Shown here piece after piece: positions 55,431-56,296 of a stretch of 56,296 nt of DNA. A model generated the notes under the pieces. It searched no databases, was not told the origin of the DNA, and saw only the letters and a program-made list of their open reading frames with translations. The stretch's first letter is position 1. The number at the start of each line of letters is the position of its first letter. Position numbers and translations under genes: made by a program. This stretch comes from a virus (lineage: Duplodnaviria > Caudoviricetes), in IMG/VR virus record IMGVR_UViG_3300020438_000049, positions 1 to 56,296 of that record; one strand, given 5' to 3'.

Positions 55431-55459
55431 ACACTATAGGGACACTTTCGTGGTTCCCC
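55431..55459 (-). promoter_or_regulatory. Phage early-promoter-like motif, copy 2 (GGGGAACC..AAAGTGTCCCTATAGT)
   Basis: 24/29 identical to 53169-53197; 20 nt upstream of the ATG at 55410. Confidence 0.65.
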
Positions 55460-55467
55460 CCCTGTTA

Positions 55468-55617
55468 TTATTTTTCCTCTTCTGGTAAGTTATACAAATA
55501 GACCCATATTACAGGTAACAACATTATAAACAATAACCTGATATTCTCTCCGTTAACTACTATCGTACCCACAACAATCCCTTTAAAGAAATATACAACT
55601 TCTCGAACAAACTGCAC
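55468..55617 (-). CDS. Possible small hydrophobic protein (49 aa, GTG start)
   Basis: MQFVREVVYFFKGIVVGTIVVNGENIRLLFIMLLPVIWVYLYNLPEEEK; start uncertain. Confidence 0.4.
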   Translation of the reverse strand: MQFVREVVYFFKGIVVGTIVVNGENIRLLFIMLLPVIWVYLYNLPEEEK

Positions 55618-55741
55618 AGAGTTAGTTATACTTTAGAGCATTTTGACTACAGAGTTCTTATTACATAGTGTGTCAAAAAAATCGCTTTCGCACCTCGTAT
55701 AAGAGAGAATCTCCCTGACTATGTTATACTATTGGAAGACA

Positions 55742-55773
55742 ATAAAAAGGGAGTAACTAATAGCTACTCCGAG
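55742..55773 (-). terminator. Rho-independent terminator
   Basis: GGAGTAGC-TATTA-GTTACTCC then CTTTTT; 3' arm shared with the 54832 terminator. Confidence 0.65.
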
Positions 55774-55794
55774 GATATTGTCTGACTGAGAGTA

Positions 55795-56001
55795 TTACTT
55801 TGCTGACTTTAATCTGTCTACTAGACTATCAACACACTCTGCATAATCTGATGATGGAGTATAATCGAGATCTGACAATTTGTTTTCAATTCTATAACAA
55901 ATGTCAACCAATCTATCGCATAATTCTTCATCATCATTTCCTTGAATGTATCCTTCCAAACTATAAAGAATGTCTTCTAAATCGACTCTTTTAAAGTTCA
56001 T
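55795..56001 (-). CDS. Hypothetical acidic protein (68 aa)
   Basis: ORF track; ATGA overlap; GGAG RBS. Confidence 0.7.
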   Translation of the reverse strand: MNFKRVDLEDILYSLEGYIQGNDDEELCDRLVDICYRIENKLSDLDYTPSSDYAECVDSLVDRLKSAK

Positions 56002-56168
56002 AGTTCTTCTCCTAGTTTGTTGAACTCTTTATCAAGAATAGGCACATATAATACACCACTCTCTGTTAGTTGATCTCTCATAGATTGAAACCATCTATTA
56101 TTCATATTGTGCTGGTCTGGTGTTAAGTTATCGAAGTAACTTTGTGACCATTGTTGATATGTTGCCAT
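55998..56168 (-). CDS. Small hypothetical protein (56 aa)
   Basis: MATYQQWSQSYFDNLTPDQHNMNNRWFQSMRDQLTESGVLYVPILDKEFNKLGEEL; coupled at both ends. Confidence 0.7.
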   Translation of the reverse strand: MATYQQWSQSYFDNLTPDQHNMNNRWFQSMRDQLTESGVLYVPILDKEFNKLGEEL

Positions 56169-56296
56169 TAGGATTGCCCCTGAATGTTTTTAATTTGTTG
56201 AAAGATTTGGTATGCTTCGTATTCAGTTATGTCCTCTCTTATTTCATTTCCGTTCTCATCTTCAGTTGTAACTAGGTCACCTTCGATATACTCAAC
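56168..56296 (-). CDS. 3' end of a hypothetical gene (starts outside window)
   Basis: Open frame ...VEYIEGDLVTTEDENGNEIREDITEYEAYQIFQQIKNIQGQS with TAATG coupling. Confidence 0.55.
   Translation of the reverse strand, partial: VEYIEGDLVTTEDENGNEIREDITEYEAYQIFQQIKNIQGQS

Noticed and set aside
55648-55676. Minus-strand TTGACA at 55676-55671 as a promoter
   Set aside because: No acceptable -10 hexamer at 16-18 bp spacing
53155-55994. Plus-strand ORFs 53155-53358, 53707-53907, 53861-54091 and 55800-55994
   Set aside because: Antisense to better-supported, coupled minus-strand small genes; no RBS seen
1-56296. tRNA/rRNA genes, photosynthesis AMGs, gp24 vertex gene
   Set aside because: No cloverleaf or rRNA signature and no psbA/hli-like ORFs recognised by eye; lack of gp24 after gp23 is normal for T4-like cyanophages

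Overview
A 56 kb segment of a T4-like marine cyanomyophage (Kyanoviridae-like, probably infecting Prochlorococcus or Synechococcus). Essentially all real genes are on the minus strand. In transcription order (right to left) the window holds: a cluster of tiny early-type ORFs with sigma70 and phage-type promoters plus a non-coding, origin-like stretch (52.7-56.3 kb); a GT-A glycosyltransferase-like gene and small hypotheticals; the baseplate module (gp25, gp6, a 5150-aa gp7-like giant, a gp9/gp10-domain protein, a subtilisin-Gly-rich-double-cupredoxin protein, gp8 and a 2538-aa VrlC-like protein); then neck gp13/14, gp15, terminase gp16/17, sheath gp18, tube gp19, portal gp20, protease gp21, scaffold gp22, capsid gp23, gp3, uvsY and the start of uvsW. 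The most unusual signals are: (1) an inverted pair of cyanobacterial-type DnaA boxes (TTTTCCACA) downstream of an ORF-less, oppositely oriented sigma70 promoter; (2) a baseplate-cluster subtilisin with an intact triad and two amicyanin-type copper-site motifs; (3) nested His/Cys repeats in gp7; (4) a ParB-like gene after gp23 whose sigma70 promoter is built from the gp23 terminator; (5) a small protein with two capsid-targeting-like peptides and a mimic of the predicted mature gp23 N-terminus; (6) an orphan PD-(D/E)xK nuclease between uvsY and uvsW. All assignments come from manual motif and synteny recognition; no searches were run.
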